Shown: positions 52,901-60,758 of the stretch, one piece after another | How the letters are laid out: each line of letters starts with the position of its first letter | How positions within the stretch are numbered: position 1 is the first letter of the stretch | DNA from: Hamadaea sp. | GTDB taxonomy: Bacteria > Actinomycetota > Actinomycetes > Mycobacteriales > Micromonosporaceae | Assembly (NCBI RefSeq): GCF_013362815.1 | Contig: NZ_JABFVK010000027.1 | Coordinates: forward strand, 7,140-71,139 | Direction: 5' to 3' | DNA length: 64,000 nt | The notes under the pieces: generated by a model | Database searches by the model: none | What the model was told of the DNA's origin: nothing | The model's input: the letters and a program-made list of their open reading frames with translations, nothing else | Program-made: the position numbers and the translations under genes

Positions 52901-53580
52901 GGCTGACCGGTTCGGACGAGCCGGTCTCGCTCGACGAGCAGGCCGAACGAGGGCGGGCGGTCTTCTCCGACGACAATCGGCTCGTAGCCGTGGTGGGGCA
53001 GGACCAGCGGCTGGCCATCTGGGACTGCGAAACCCGGGAGACGGTGTTCGAGCGTCCGGAGGTGCGGGCGGCCGCCTTCTTTCCCGGTCGGCGCGCGGTC
53101 TTCTTCGCCACGACGGACGACAAGGGCGTGGCGGTCGAGCTCGACGACTCGACCATCGGGGAATACGGGCCGTACCCCACCCAGATCGACGCCGTCGCGG
53201 TCGCTCCGGTCACGGAGTTCATCGCCGCCGCCGACGGCGCAGGCTACGTCTGGCTCTTCTCGACCCGCACCGACGCGGCCGGCCACCTCGAAGGCTTCGA
53301 CGAGCCGATTCAGGCGCTGGCCTTCGACCCCACCGGACTCCTGCTCGTCGCCGGCGGACTTCACGGACTCGTCGCAGTGTGGGACATCCGGTCAGGCCAG
53401 CCGATCGCCGTGTTCCGATTCGCCGACGCGATTCTCGCGGTTTCCTGGAACGAGGACGGGATCGTCGCGGTGAGCTACGGCGGCGTACATCGGCTCGACC
53501 TGCTCGGCTGGCCGCCACCTGCGCCGCCTTCGCCGTCGGTGGAAGCCGGGCCTTCGGCGGAAGCCGGGCCCGCTGCGTAG
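49924..53580 (+). CDS. STAND NTPase: N-terminal two-helix membrane hairpin, NB-ARC domain, about 14 WD40 repeats
   Basis: 1218 aa. TM helices IFPIMATLLVGVTALLWLPFWL and GIGLVLDWVSDLGPIGLAAGTFV. Walker A GAGGFGKTTLA (from 50299), Walker B LLVIDDVW, and LVTTRN. The C-terminal 650 aa carry repeats ending ..IWDV, ..AWDH, ..FWDR, ..VWDP, ..IWDC, ..VWDI. Confidence 0.8.
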   Translation: MMRAAALWLVQRIFPIMATLLVGVTALLWLPFWLDLLRLVFPARGIGLVLDWVSDLGPIGLAAGTFVQLERWRRAYDRRQALAVQPDVQSTVERPDELEAIVAGVVGPSPSGKVATTVGLTTGVHGAGGFGKTTLARMVCADPRIRTRFAGNVTWVTLGRDVVGNADLAAKVNEVIVQVGPPDVVAASTDAAEAGRHLAAVLSQGPPRLLVIDDVWRLRQLEPFLLGAKHCVRLVTTRNQELLVGRGLSVKVDQMTDGQARRLLTTGLTAPIEAQVADGLLDATGRWALLLSLVNRILASAEQTGVRDLSAYASELLARIETRGPAAVDAIGDRGRGLDVTDSRQRAEAVQATVTASTGLLEPDELVRLRELTIFAEDEAIPLDLIGRLWAATAGLAEMDTRALCRRLSGLGLITLAPDDGGRVGLHDVLRDYLRQSIPAVDLPALHERLLEIVSADLPALDGEIPWWRLETQHRYLWDHVVEHVRGASGPEAAERLATDLRWATARLLRSGPEAPQADLVMAGTPRALRMREVWGHNTHVLAPTKPPESVTDILIAVLAGDPDWASQAAILRVGEDSRPRLRLRDPFPPAPFGLRFALAGPGPMVYALGSAPDGKWLAAARGAVVSIWDSETGLERGAFKYDSWFLTPIRIGPDGTWLAAAYADNPARIWDVATGQVTLEYTGHKARISEMVVDPRGRWVATVDHQGLLRAWDHEKGTNLLRASGVTTLATMPDGRLVYGGMNGEIRHSGVPFTWQQPLFRGHSGAISQITVAPDGTWFASIGSDETVRIWDVATTSERARITVWASTVAASPDSRTLYIGASLEGGLKSYDASTGELLQTFTGHSGAIYVIEFAPDDSWFVSAADDGTLRFWDRDTGRPRGILPGHSRWVGDVVVGPDWLASSSVDGTVRVWDPAAVRAPDAEPVHAVATAAVSPDGRTAMLGTHSGRTVTVYDLDDLGESTRELGRPEALAISDGATLTVHTEFGKKGLWLTGSDEPVSLDEQAERGRAVFSDDNRLVAVVGQDQRLAIWDCETRETVFERPEVRAAAFFPGRRAVFFATTDDKGVAVELDDSTIGEYGPYPTQIDAVAVAPVTEFIAAADGAGYVWLFSTRTDAAGHLEGFDEPIQALAFDPTGLLLVAGGLHGLVAVWDIRSGQPIAVFRFADAILAVSWNEDGIVAVSYGGVHRLDLLGWPPPAPPSPSVEAGPSAEAGPAA

Positions 53581-53606
53581 GCCGGGCGGGACTGATCCCG
53601 CCCGGC
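53581..53606. terminator. Bidirectional stem-loop between convergent STAND and M23 genes
   Basis: GCCGGGCGGGA (53581-53591) and TCCCGCCCGGC (53596-53606) form a perfect 11-bp stem with a 4-nt loop, starting directly after the TAG at 53578-53580. Confidence 0.6.
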
Positions 53607-53626
53607 GCTCAGCTGCCGGAGACGCG

Positions 53627-54496
53627 TCAGCCGCAGTGCTCGAAACCGCTGGTGTAGCTCGTGCTGCCGACGGAGCCGCCCCACTTCACACATACGCCGG
53701 GCGCACTGCGCTTCACCGGACCGGCGTAGTAGCCGAAGCTGCCGGAGTCCGTCGTGCGAGTCGATCCCTCGGGTTCGAGGAAGGCCGAGACCGCGCTCGG
53801 AGTGCCGACGCTGACGTACTTCAGCGTGACGACGCAGTTGTAGCCGTTGCTGGAGTTGTAGGTGAGGAAGACCTTGCCGACCGTGCCGAGGGCGGCGGAG
53901 TCGACGACGTCGTAGCCACTGCCGCAGACCTCTTCGGCGGTGTACGGGTTCGAGCTTCCGCAGCCGTTGGTGCTGCTGATGGCCTTCTTCTGGCCGAGTG
54001 ACACGGTGACGCCCTCGACGGTCGGGCTGGTGTCGACCGCCCCGCCCGAGGTGCGCTGCTCGTAGTGCAGGTGCGGCGCGCTCGAGTTGCCGGTCGAGCC
54101 GACATTGCCGATCTTGGTGCCCTGGCCGACGGACTTGGACGTCCCGGCCGACTGCACCATCGAGGAGAGGTGGGCGTACCGGGTGCTGGTGCCGTCACTG
54201 TGGATGATCTCCACCCACAGGCCGTAGCTCGTGCTTCCGGCGTTCTTGAAGTACGCCGTGCCTGCGGCGGTCGCGCGTACGGTCTCACCGTTGATCGCGT
54301 CGGTGCCGTAGCTCTGCCAGTCGATCGCGCCCGACGGGCTGTGGCCGGGGGTCCAGTTGTTGGCGTAGAACGTCTTGCCGCAGTCGAACGGCGACTTGTG
54401 GGAGATCGCCGCGTGCGCCGGGGTGCTGGGTAGCAGAACGGTCATCAGGGCGGCCGCGGCGATGGCCAGGCCGCCCGCGAGGGTCCGTCGTTTCAT
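53627..54496 (-). CDS. Secreted M23 (LytM-type) peptidase with a Cys-containing C-terminal domain
   Basis: Signal peptide MKRRTLAGGLAIAAAALMTVLLPSTPAHA. M23 motifs GAIDW, YAHLSS, GNVGSTGNSSAPHLHYE. A 110-aa tail contains four Cys. Confidence 0.8.
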   Translation of the reverse strand: MKRRTLAGGLAIAAAALMTVLLPSTPAHAAISHKSPFDCGKTFYANNWTPGHSPSGAIDWQSYGTDAINGETVRATAAGTAYFKNAGSTSYGLWVEIIHSDGTSTRYAHLSSMVQSAGTSKSVGQGTKIGNVGSTGNSSAPHLHYEQRTSGGAVDTSPTVEGVTVSLGQKKAISSTNGCGSSNPYTAEEVCGSGYDVVDSAALGTVGKVFLTYNSSNGYNCVVTLKYVSVGTPSAVSAFLEPEGSTRTTDSGSFGYYAGPVKRSAPGVCVKWGGSVGSTSYTSGFEHCG

Positions 54497-54499
54497 GGG

Positions 54500-54549
54500 A
54501 CATTCCCCTTCATGTTTGCGCCGGTAGGTGCGCTCATGAAGGGGAATGT
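54500..54549 (-). promoter_or_regulatory. Perfect 15-bp-stem hairpin that contains the M23 ribosome-binding site (also positioned as the sigJ terminator)
   Basis: ACATTCCCCTTCATG (54500-54514) and CATGAAGGGGAATGT (54535-54549) with a 20-nt loop. On the minus-strand mRNA the arm next to the ATG (54496) carries the AAGGGGA Shine-Dalgarno sequence. Confidence 0.5.
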
Positions 54550-54591
54550 ATGATCGTCCGTTACACGTTTCCTACAGCTCGGCTACAGACC

Positions 54592-55470
54592 CTAGGCCCA
54601 TGGCTTCAGCTTCTCCGGGTTGCGGACGGCGTACAGGCGGCTGATCCGGTCGCCGGCGAACTCGAACGCCATGACCGTCGTCGTCACGCCGCCCTCCAGC
54701 ACCACCAGGCCGGGCTGCCCGTTGACCGTACGCGCAACAAGAGTCAAGTCGGGCAGCTGGGTGGTGATCGACAGGAGGCCACGGGCGATCTCCTCGGCGC
54801 CCTCGATCGGCTCCAGCTTTGCGGTGACGATGCCGCCGCCGTCGGCGATGGCGACCGCGTCCGGGTCGAGCAACCCGATGAGCGCGCCGATGTCCTTGGC
54901 CTCCCAGGCGGCTTGGAAATCCCGGACGAGGTCGGCCCGCTCGGCGACGGAGGGCGCGGCGTTCGGCGTACGCGAGTTGCGGATGCGCCGCCGAGCCGAG
55001 GAGGCCAGCTGACGACAGGCCGCCGGCGTACGCCCGACGATGTCGGCCACTTCAGGGAAGGGATAGCGGAACACGTCGTGGAGGATGAAGGCCACCCGCT
55101 CGGCCGGAGTCATCGACTCCAAGACGACCAGGAAGGCGAGGTTGACCGACTCGTCGAGGGTGATCCGATCGGCGGGGTCGGTCGGCGTGGCCGACTCGGC
55201 CTGCTCCGGCAGCGGCTCGGGCAGCCATTCGCCGACATAGCGCTCCCGGCGTACGCGGGCGGAGCCGAGCACGTCGAGGCAGATCCGGCTGGCCACCCGG
55301 GTCAGCCAGGCGGCCGGGTTCTCGATCTCGTCCCGCTGCCCGGCCGGCAACGCGTACCACCGGGCGTAGGTCTCCTGCACGATGTCCTCGGCGTCGGCGA
55401 GCGAACCGAGCATCCGGTACGCGAGATTGATCAGCTGCCGGCGCTCGTTCATGACCAGGCTCAACTCCAC
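54592..55470 (-). CDS. ECF-type sigma-70 factor with C-terminal SnoaL-like domain (SigJ group)
   Basis: Region 2 is LINLAYRMLGSLADAEDIVQETYARW and region 4 is LTPAERVAFILHDVFRYPFPEVADIVGRTPAACRQLASSAR. A domain of about 120 aa follows. The start is uncertain (GTG 55470 after GGGGAAGGGGG, or ATG 55452; the track ORF starts at 55527). Confidence 0.7.
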   Translation of the reverse strand: MELSLVMNERRQLINLAYRMLGSLADAEDIVQETYARWYALPAGQRDEIENPAAWLTRVASRICLDVLGSARVRRERYVGEWLPEPLPEQAESATPTDPADRITLDESVNLAFLVVLESMTPAERVAFILHDVFRYPFPEVADIVGRTPAACRQLASSARRRIRNSRTPNAAPSVAERADLVRDFQAAWEAKDIGALIGLLDPDAVAIADGGGIVTAKLEPIEGAEEIARGLLSITTQLPDLTLVARTVNGQPGLVVLEGGVTTTVMAFEFAGDRISRLYAVRNPEKLKPWA

Positions 55471-55566
55471 GCTGTTACCCCCTTCCCCCGTTCGACGAGA
55501 CAGGCCCGCCAGGTGTGAGGCCCACACTATCCCCGATGTTGATCATCACCGGCGTACGCTTCGACG

Positions 55567-55902
55567 ATGCGGATCATCGAGGGAGCGGGACGGTGGGTCG
55601 CGCCGGCCCCGGGCACGGCGAACGACTGGGTCGAGAACCTCCGGGTGCCCGACTTGTCCGTCGGGACCTACTGCATCCCGGCCGGCGGGGTGGACGACCA
55701 GAGCCCGCACACCGAGGACGAGATCTACGTGGTTACGAGCGGGCGGGCGCGCATCGTCACGCCCGGCGGCGACGCCGAGGTCGGGCCGGGCGCGGTGATC
55801 TTCGTCCCGGCCGGTGAGGAGCACCGGTTCACCGACGTCACCGAGGACCTCACGCTGCTCGTGGTGTTCGGCCCGGCGTACGGGTCGCGCGGGAACGCGT
55901 AG
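55567..55902 (+). CDS. Cupin-domain protein
   Basis: 111 aa with cupin motifs SPHTEDEIYVVTSG and GAVIFVPAGEEHRF. Confidence 0.65.
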   Translation: MRIIEGAGRWVAPAPGTANDWVENLRVPDLSVGTYCIPAGGVDDQSPHTEDEIYVVTSGRARIVTPGGDAEVGPGAVIFVPAGEEHRFTDVTEDLTLLVVFGPAYGSRGNA

Positions 55903-55945
55903 CCGGACCGCCCCGCAACCGTTGGGGACGGTAAAGGGGGAAATC

Positions 55946-56839
55946 ATGACCACGCTGCCCGTCGTCGCCGGGGTGGACGGATCGCCGGAGAGTCTCACCG
56001 CCGTCGAGGTGGCCGCCCGGGAGGCCGCGCTGCGCGGCGTACCGCTGCGGATCGTGCACGGGTTCATCTGGCCCCAGATGCGCAACGTCCCGCTGGGTCC
56101 GTCCGCGCTCGGTCCGCAGGAGGGCGGGCTCGAGAACCAGGCACGCCAGATCGTCGCGGACGGTGTCGCGGCCGCGCGTGCCGCCGCGCCGGACACCGAC
56201 GTCACGGGCGAGGTCATCACCGGGTCCGCGGCCCAGGCGCTCATTCGCGCCTCGGGGGGCGCGTCGCTCCTGGTCGTGGGCGACCGCGGGCTCGGTGCGT
56301 TCGCCGGGCTGCTCGCCGGCTCGGTCTCCATCCACGTCGCGGCTCACTCCGCGTGTCCAGTCCTGGTGGTACGCGGCCAGACCGACCCGGTCGCGCCGGT
56401 TCTGCTCGCCGCCGACGGGTCGCCGGCCGGAGACGCCGCCGTCGGCTTCGCGTTCGAGGCGGCCGAGTTGCGCAAGGTTCCCCTGTGGGTGCTGCACGCG
56501 TGGTGGAACCCGACGGCGGAAGCGTCCACGGAGATGCAGCCGCTGATCTTCGACGAGTCGGTCGCGCGGGAGAACGAGGAGCGGATCATCGCCAACGCGC
56601 TGGCCGGATGGCGCCCGAAGTTCCCCGGCGTCGACGTGCGTACGCAGATCGTGCACGGCCGCGTACGCCGGACGATCGTCGAGGCGACCGAACAGGCGCA
56701 GTTGGCCGTGCTGGGCAGCCGGGGCTTCGGCGGCTTCAAGGGGATGCTGCTCGGCTCGGTCAGCCAGGCGGCGCTCTACCACTCGTCCTGCCCGGTCGTC
56801 ATCGTGCCGGGCGCGACGAGTGGTAGAGCCGGGACTTAA
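55946..56839 (+). CDS. Tandem universal stress protein (two UspA domains)
   Basis: Track ORF 55814..56839; start placed at ATG 55946 (AAGGGGGA upstream). Each half ends with G..G(9)G(S/T)-type motifs: LLVVGDRGLGAFAGLLAGSVS and LAVLGSRGFGGFKGMLLGSVS. Confidence 0.8.
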   Translation: MTTLPVVAGVDGSPESLTAVEVAAREAALRGVPLRIVHGFIWPQMRNVPLGPSALGPQEGGLENQARQIVADGVAAARAAAPDTDVTGEVITGSAAQALIRASGGASLLVVGDRGLGAFAGLLAGSVSIHVAAHSACPVLVVRGQTDPVAPVLLAADGSPAGDAAVGFAFEAAELRKVPLWVLHAWWNPTAEASTEMQPLIFDESVARENEERIIANALAGWRPKFPGVDVRTQIVHGRVRRTIVEATEQAQLAVLGSRGFGGFKGMLLGSVSQAALYHSSCPVVIVPGATSGRAGT

Positions 56840-56917
56840 GTCCCTATTGAGGTGACGTCGAGCCTGGCACAATGACGGCGACCTCACGACTGTCTAGAGT
56901 GGACATGGGAGTTCTCG

Positions 56918-57178
56918 GTGGCGCGCACGATCGCCTTGCGCATCGCGTACGCAGTCGTCGCGGCGTTGCTGACCTGTGGAGCCTGGATCGTCGCCACCAC
57001 GCACGACGGGATGGTCCGCGGAATCGTGGTCGCGGCCGCTCTCCTGGTCGTCACCGCGACGACCGCCGGGCACGTGTTGCTGACCGCCGCCGACGTACGC
57101 CGTGAGCTCGCCGACGCCGAGCGCCGGATGGCCGCCGCGATCACCAAGGCGCTACAGCCCGAGTCGTCCGACGGCTGA
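56918..57178 (+). CDS. Small two-helix membrane protein, function unknown
   Basis: 86 aa, GTG start with GGGAG upstream. Helices IAYAVVAALLTCGAWIVA and GIVVAAALLVVTATTAG. Codon bias is coding-like but there is no recognisable family. Confidence 0.4.
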   Translation: MARTIALRIAYAVVAALLTCGAWIVATTHDGMVRGIVVAAALLVVTATTAGHVLLTAADVRRELADAERRMAAAITKALQPESSDG

Positions 57179-57196
57179 CCCCGGCAGCCGGAAGCC

Positions 57197-58390
57197 TCAG
57201 GGGGAGGCGAGCGCCGCAGTAGGCGAAAGCCGGGCGGCGCGGACAGCGGGGTAGAGCCCGGCCAACCCGCCGATGACCAGCGTCGCCCCGGCCCCGCCGA
57301 GCGAGACCCAGGCGGGCACCACCGTCGGCCACCCCTGATATGCGGCGTACGCCCCGGTCACCAGGATGCCGAGGGCGACGCCACCGGCCCCGCCGAGCAG
57401 CGAGAGCAGCAAGGATTCGGCAAGGAACTGCAGTCGGATCTGTCCCCGGGTGGCCCCGAGCGAACGGCGTAACCCGATCTCGGCCCGCCGTTCGAGGACG
57501 GAGATGACCATCGTGTTGGCCACGCCGACCCCGCCGACCAGGAGCGCGACCGCACCCAAGCCCAGCAGCAGGCCGTTGAGCGTCGCATCGGTCGCCTGCT
57601 TGGCGGCCAGCGCGTCGGACGGCCGGGACACCTTGACCTCGTTGGGCGCGGCGGGGTTTGCCGTCGCGGCCAGCACCGCCTGCACGTCGTTGACGGCGCG
57701 CTCGTCCGATCTCGTGTACACCGTGGTCGCGTACCCGTCGAAATGCAGTCTGGTCGTCGCGACCGGCCACCCGACGACGGCGGCCGTGTCGAGCTCGGGG
57801 GCGAGCGCGACCGGGGTGAGCAGCCCGACCACCGTGAACCATTGACCGCCCAGCCAGACCTGTTCGCCGGGGGCGGTGACGCCGAGCCGTTCGGCGGACT
57901 TCGCGCCGAGCACGACGGCCGGGTAGGTCGCGGTGGCGTCGTTGAGGAAGACGCCGGCGGAGATCGTCGCGCCGACCGCCGTTGGCAGATCCGTACGCCC
58001 GGCGAGCACAGCGATGCCCCCGGACTGCCCGGACGGGATCTTGTCGTTGCGGTAGACGTGCGTGTTCGGCACCTTGCCGGTGGCGGAGACGTCGGTGACG
58101 GCTGCGATCTGGCCGATCATGTCCTCGGCCTCGGCCGGGAGGTGGGAGTCGTCGCCGAACAGGCTCTGCCCGGGGCCGACCGTGAGCAGGTTGGTCCCGA
58201 GCGCGGCGAGCTGCCGGTTCAGGTCCTCGCGGCTGGACGCCGAGATCCCGACGACCGCGATCATCGCCGCGATGCCGATGGCGATCCCGAGGGCGGACAG
58301 GAACACCCGCAACGGCCGCGTACGCAGCCCGGCCCCGCCGACCCGAAGAACATCCCGGGGCCGCAGCCGGGCGGGAGCGAGCGTCACCAT
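57197..58390 (-). CDS. ABC transporter permease, FtsX/MacB type
   Basis: 397 aa with an N-terminal TM helix, a large extracytoplasmic MacB-like domain, and a C-terminal FtsX 3-TM bundle ([31 protein letters not shown]). Confidence 0.8.
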   Translation of the reverse strand: MVTLAPARLRPRDVLRVGGAGLRTRPLRVFLSALGIAIGIAAMIAVVGISASSREDLNRQLAALGTNLLTVGPGQSLFGDDSHLPAEAEDMIGQIAAVTDVSATGKVPNTHVYRNDKIPSGQSGGIAVLAGRTDLPTAVGATISAGVFLNDATATYPAVVLGAKSAERLGVTAPGEQVWLGGQWFTVVGLLTPVALAPELDTAAVVGWPVATTRLHFDGYATTVYTRSDERAVNDVQAVLAATANPAAPNEVKVSRPSDALAAKQATDATLNGLLLGLGAVALLVGGVGVANTMVISVLERRAEIGLRRSLGATRGQIRLQFLAESLLLSLLGGAGGVALGILVTGAYAAYQGWPTVVPAWVSLGGAGATLVIGGLAGLYPAVRAARLSPTAALASP

Positions 58391-59049
58391 ACGACCACCC
58401 GCCCGTCCTTCATCTGCACCTGACGCGGCAGCGACGCGGCGATCTCCCGGTCGTGCGTGATCACCACGATCGTGGTGCCCGCGTCGTGCAACTCGCCGAG
58501 CAGCGCCATCACGCCTGCTCCGGCAGCTGAGTCGAGGTTCCCGGTCGGTTCGTCCGCCAGGAGCAACGGCGGTTCACCGACCACCGCGCGGGCGATCGCC
58601 ACCCGCTGTCGTTCACCGCCGGAGAGTTCGTGCGGCTCATGGTCCAGCCGATGACCCAGTCCCACTCGCTGAAGCGCCCGATCGGCCAGTTCGCGACGGC
58701 GGGCGAGCGGCACGCCGGTGTAGAGCAGTCCATCGGCGACGTTGTCCATAGCGGACACTCCCGGCGCGAGATGGAACTGCTGGAAGACGAAGCCGAGCGT
58801 ACGCGCTCGCAAGGCGGACAGCTGCCGATCGGTGAGCCGGTCGAGCCGATGGCCGTCGATGGTGACCGTGCCGGTCGTCGGGCGGTCGAGCGCTCCGATG
58901 AGGTGCAGCATCGTCGATTTGCCCGAGCCGGACGGCCCGACGATCGCCACGAACTCGCCGCGGTCGACGCGCAGGTTCACCTCGTCGACCGCGACGACAC
59001 CGCCGGGATAGGTCTTCGAGACGTCGTCGAGTTCCACCACCGCGCTCAC
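58384..59049 (-). CDS. ABC transporter ATP-binding protein (MacB/LolD type)
   Basis: Track ORF 58384..59643; start placed at GTG 59049 (GTGA overlap). Walker [10 protein letters not shown], signature [14 protein letters not shown], Walker [13 protein letters not shown]. Confidence 0.85.
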   Translation of the reverse strand: MSAVVELDDVSKTYPGGVVAVDEVNLRVDRGEFVAIVGPSGSGKSTMLHLIGALDRPTTGTVTIDGHRLDRLTDRQLSALRARTLGFVFQQFHLAPGVSAMDNVADGLLYTGVPLARRRELADRALQRVGLGHRLDHEPHELSGGERQRVAIARAVVGEPPLLLADEPTGNLDSAAGAGVMALLGELHDAGTTIVVITHDREIAASLPRQVQMKDGRVVVW

Positions 59050-60125
59050 TTCGGGACTCCCACGGTCATGCCCTCGGTCACATCGCCGCCGGTCAACTCG
59101 ACTTTTCCAGCCGCGAACAGTCCCGTCTTGACCGCTGCGTACCGCGTGCCGGAAGCGTCCACGACGAGCACGCCGTAACCGCCTTGCTGCAGGGCGACCA
59201 GTGCGCCGACCGGCACGGTCAGCACGTTCTTGTGCTGGTCGGCGACGAGCACGACGTCGACCGGGGCTTCGTCCAGGGTGCCCAGCTTCTGCTGGTCGGC
59301 GACGCTGACCACCACGTCGATCGTGGTGGTGGAGGTCTGGTTCGCGCCGTTTCCGCTGGTCGCCTTGGTCGCGACCGTGCCGACGCTCGCCACCGTGCCG
59401 GCCACGGCCGTCCCGCCCGGCAAGGTGATCTGGGCGGACACACCTTTGTGGACCAGCTGCTGGTCGGCCACGTCCAGCGCCACCGTCACCACTCTCGTCA
59501 TCCCCGTGTACGCCAGAAGCGGCCCGGTGGCGGCCGAACCCGGCTCGGTCTTGTGCTCGGCGATCCGGATCTGGCCCGGCGCGACGACGACTCGGGACAC
59601 CTCGACCCGGCCGGTCTCCGGCAGCCCCAAGTCCTCCTGCCATCGCCGTACCGCGTCCGCAGTGGACGAGGTGAACTCGTCGTCCACCGTGAAACCGCTG
59701 TAGCCCAACGCCTTGAGGTTGCTCTCCAGCGTCTTGACGTCGTCGCCGTCGAGCCCGGTCGTCAGCGCCCGGTAGAACGGCGTACTGCCGTAGAGGAGTA
59801 CCACCGGCTGAGCGTCCACTTTATACACTGGTTTGCCCCGGCCGACCGTGGAACCCTCGGGTGCCAGCCAGGTGAGCGTACCGGCCGGGCCCTTGGCGCT
59901 GACCGTCGTCGAGTCGCCGTAGCCGAGCGTACCGCTGACGGTTTTGGTCTCCGTCAACGTCTCACGGGTGACCGGGGCGGTCGCGGGTGGCTGATGCGCC
60001 CCAGCGGAGGGAGTCTGCGTACCGCCGCCGAATCCGAAGGCTGCCGCGGCCGCCACCCCGGCGACCAGCACCGCGCCGCCCGCTCCGGCCGCTGTGCGTA
60101 CGCGGCGTCGCCGCCGGGCGCTCAC
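59046..60125 (-). CDS. HlyD/MacA-like periplasmic adaptor with an inserted peptidoglycan-binding domain
   Basis: Track ORF 59046..60662; start placed at GTG 60125 (GTGA overlap). TM anchor, PG_binding_1-like [40 protein letters not shown], then a beta-barrel tail. Confidence 0.7.
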   Translation of the reverse strand: MSARRRRRVRTAAGAGGAVLVAGVAAAAAFGFGGGTQTPSAGAHQPPATAPVTRETLTETKTVSGTLGYGDSTTVSAKGPAGTLTWLAPEGSTVGRGKPVYKVDAQPVVLLYGSTPFYRALTTGLDGDDVKTLESNLKALGYSGFTVDDEFTSSTADAVRRWQEDLGLPETGRVEVSRVVVAPGQIRIAEHKTEPGSAATGPLLAYTGMTRVVTVALDVADQQLVHKGVSAQITLPGGTAVAGTVASVGTVATKATSGNGANQTSTTTIDVVVSVADQQKLGTLDEAPVDVVLVADQHKNVLTVPVGALVALQQGGYGVLVVDASGTRYAAVKTGLFAAGKVELTGGDVTEGMTVGVPK

Positions 60126-60610
60126 GAACGCGCTCCGAGACTGGGGAAGACGGCGGTCAGCTTGTCCTGGCAGGCCTCCATCGCCTGCTGGAACGCCGGG
60201 CTGGTCCGGTCGAGCTTGCCGAGCGCGCCGCCGAAGCCGCCGCCGTTGGGATCCGGGTCGGGCATGTCCACGCCGTGGTCTCGCATGCACTGGGCGAACA
60301 CCCGCAACTGCTCCATCTGGTTCGCATCGAGCGAACCCAGCAACCCGGCGGGCAGCAGGTTCTGGCATTTCTTCACGGCGGCCTGGAACTGCGGCGTGCC
60401 CGCGAGCGCCGGATCGAGATCGGGCCGCCCCGTGCTGGGATCGGGATCGCCGACCGGTACGCCGTTGTCCCGCATGCACTGGGTGAACTTCATCATGTCG
60501 GCGGCCGACGGGGAGGCGCTCACGGTCGGAGTCGCGCTCCCGTCGCTCTTGCCGCACCCGGTCAGCGCCAGCGCGAATGCGACCGCGCCGATAAGGATCA
60601 TCCTTCTCAT
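60122..60610 (-). CDS. Lipoprotein with an internal two-fold repeat, function unknown
   Basis: Lipobox FALALTGC. Two units are present: FTQCMRDNGVPVGDPDP...AAVKKCQ and FAQCMRDHGVDMPDPDP...QAMEACQ. Confidence 0.6.
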   Translation of the reverse strand: MRRMILIGAVAFALALTGCGKSDGSATPTVSASPSAADMMKFTQCMRDNGVPVGDPDPSTGRPDLDPALAGTPQFQAAVKKCQNLLPAGLLGSLDANQMEQLRVFAQCMRDHGVDMPDPDPNGGGFGGALGKLDRTSPAFQQAMEACQDKLTAVFPSLGARS

Positions 60611-60758
60611 GCGGCCCAGTAGACCGAGCGCTCGATAACCCCCGCGTAACTCGCAGCGCCAACGGGCGGCGCTAGCGGGCGGGGCGGCCGAGTTACGGCG
60701 GCGTTATCCGAGACCGGGCACCATGGAACGGCCCGACCCGCCCGGCAAAGGGGACGTA

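Noticed and set aside
54497-54591. cyclic-di-AMP (ydaO-type) riboswitch upstream of the M23 peptidase gene
   Set aside because: Only 95 nt are available between the genes. The structure is a single simple hairpin, whereas the ydaO motif is a much longer pseudo-two-fold element with conserved ACGR/CCGA-type boxes that I do not see.
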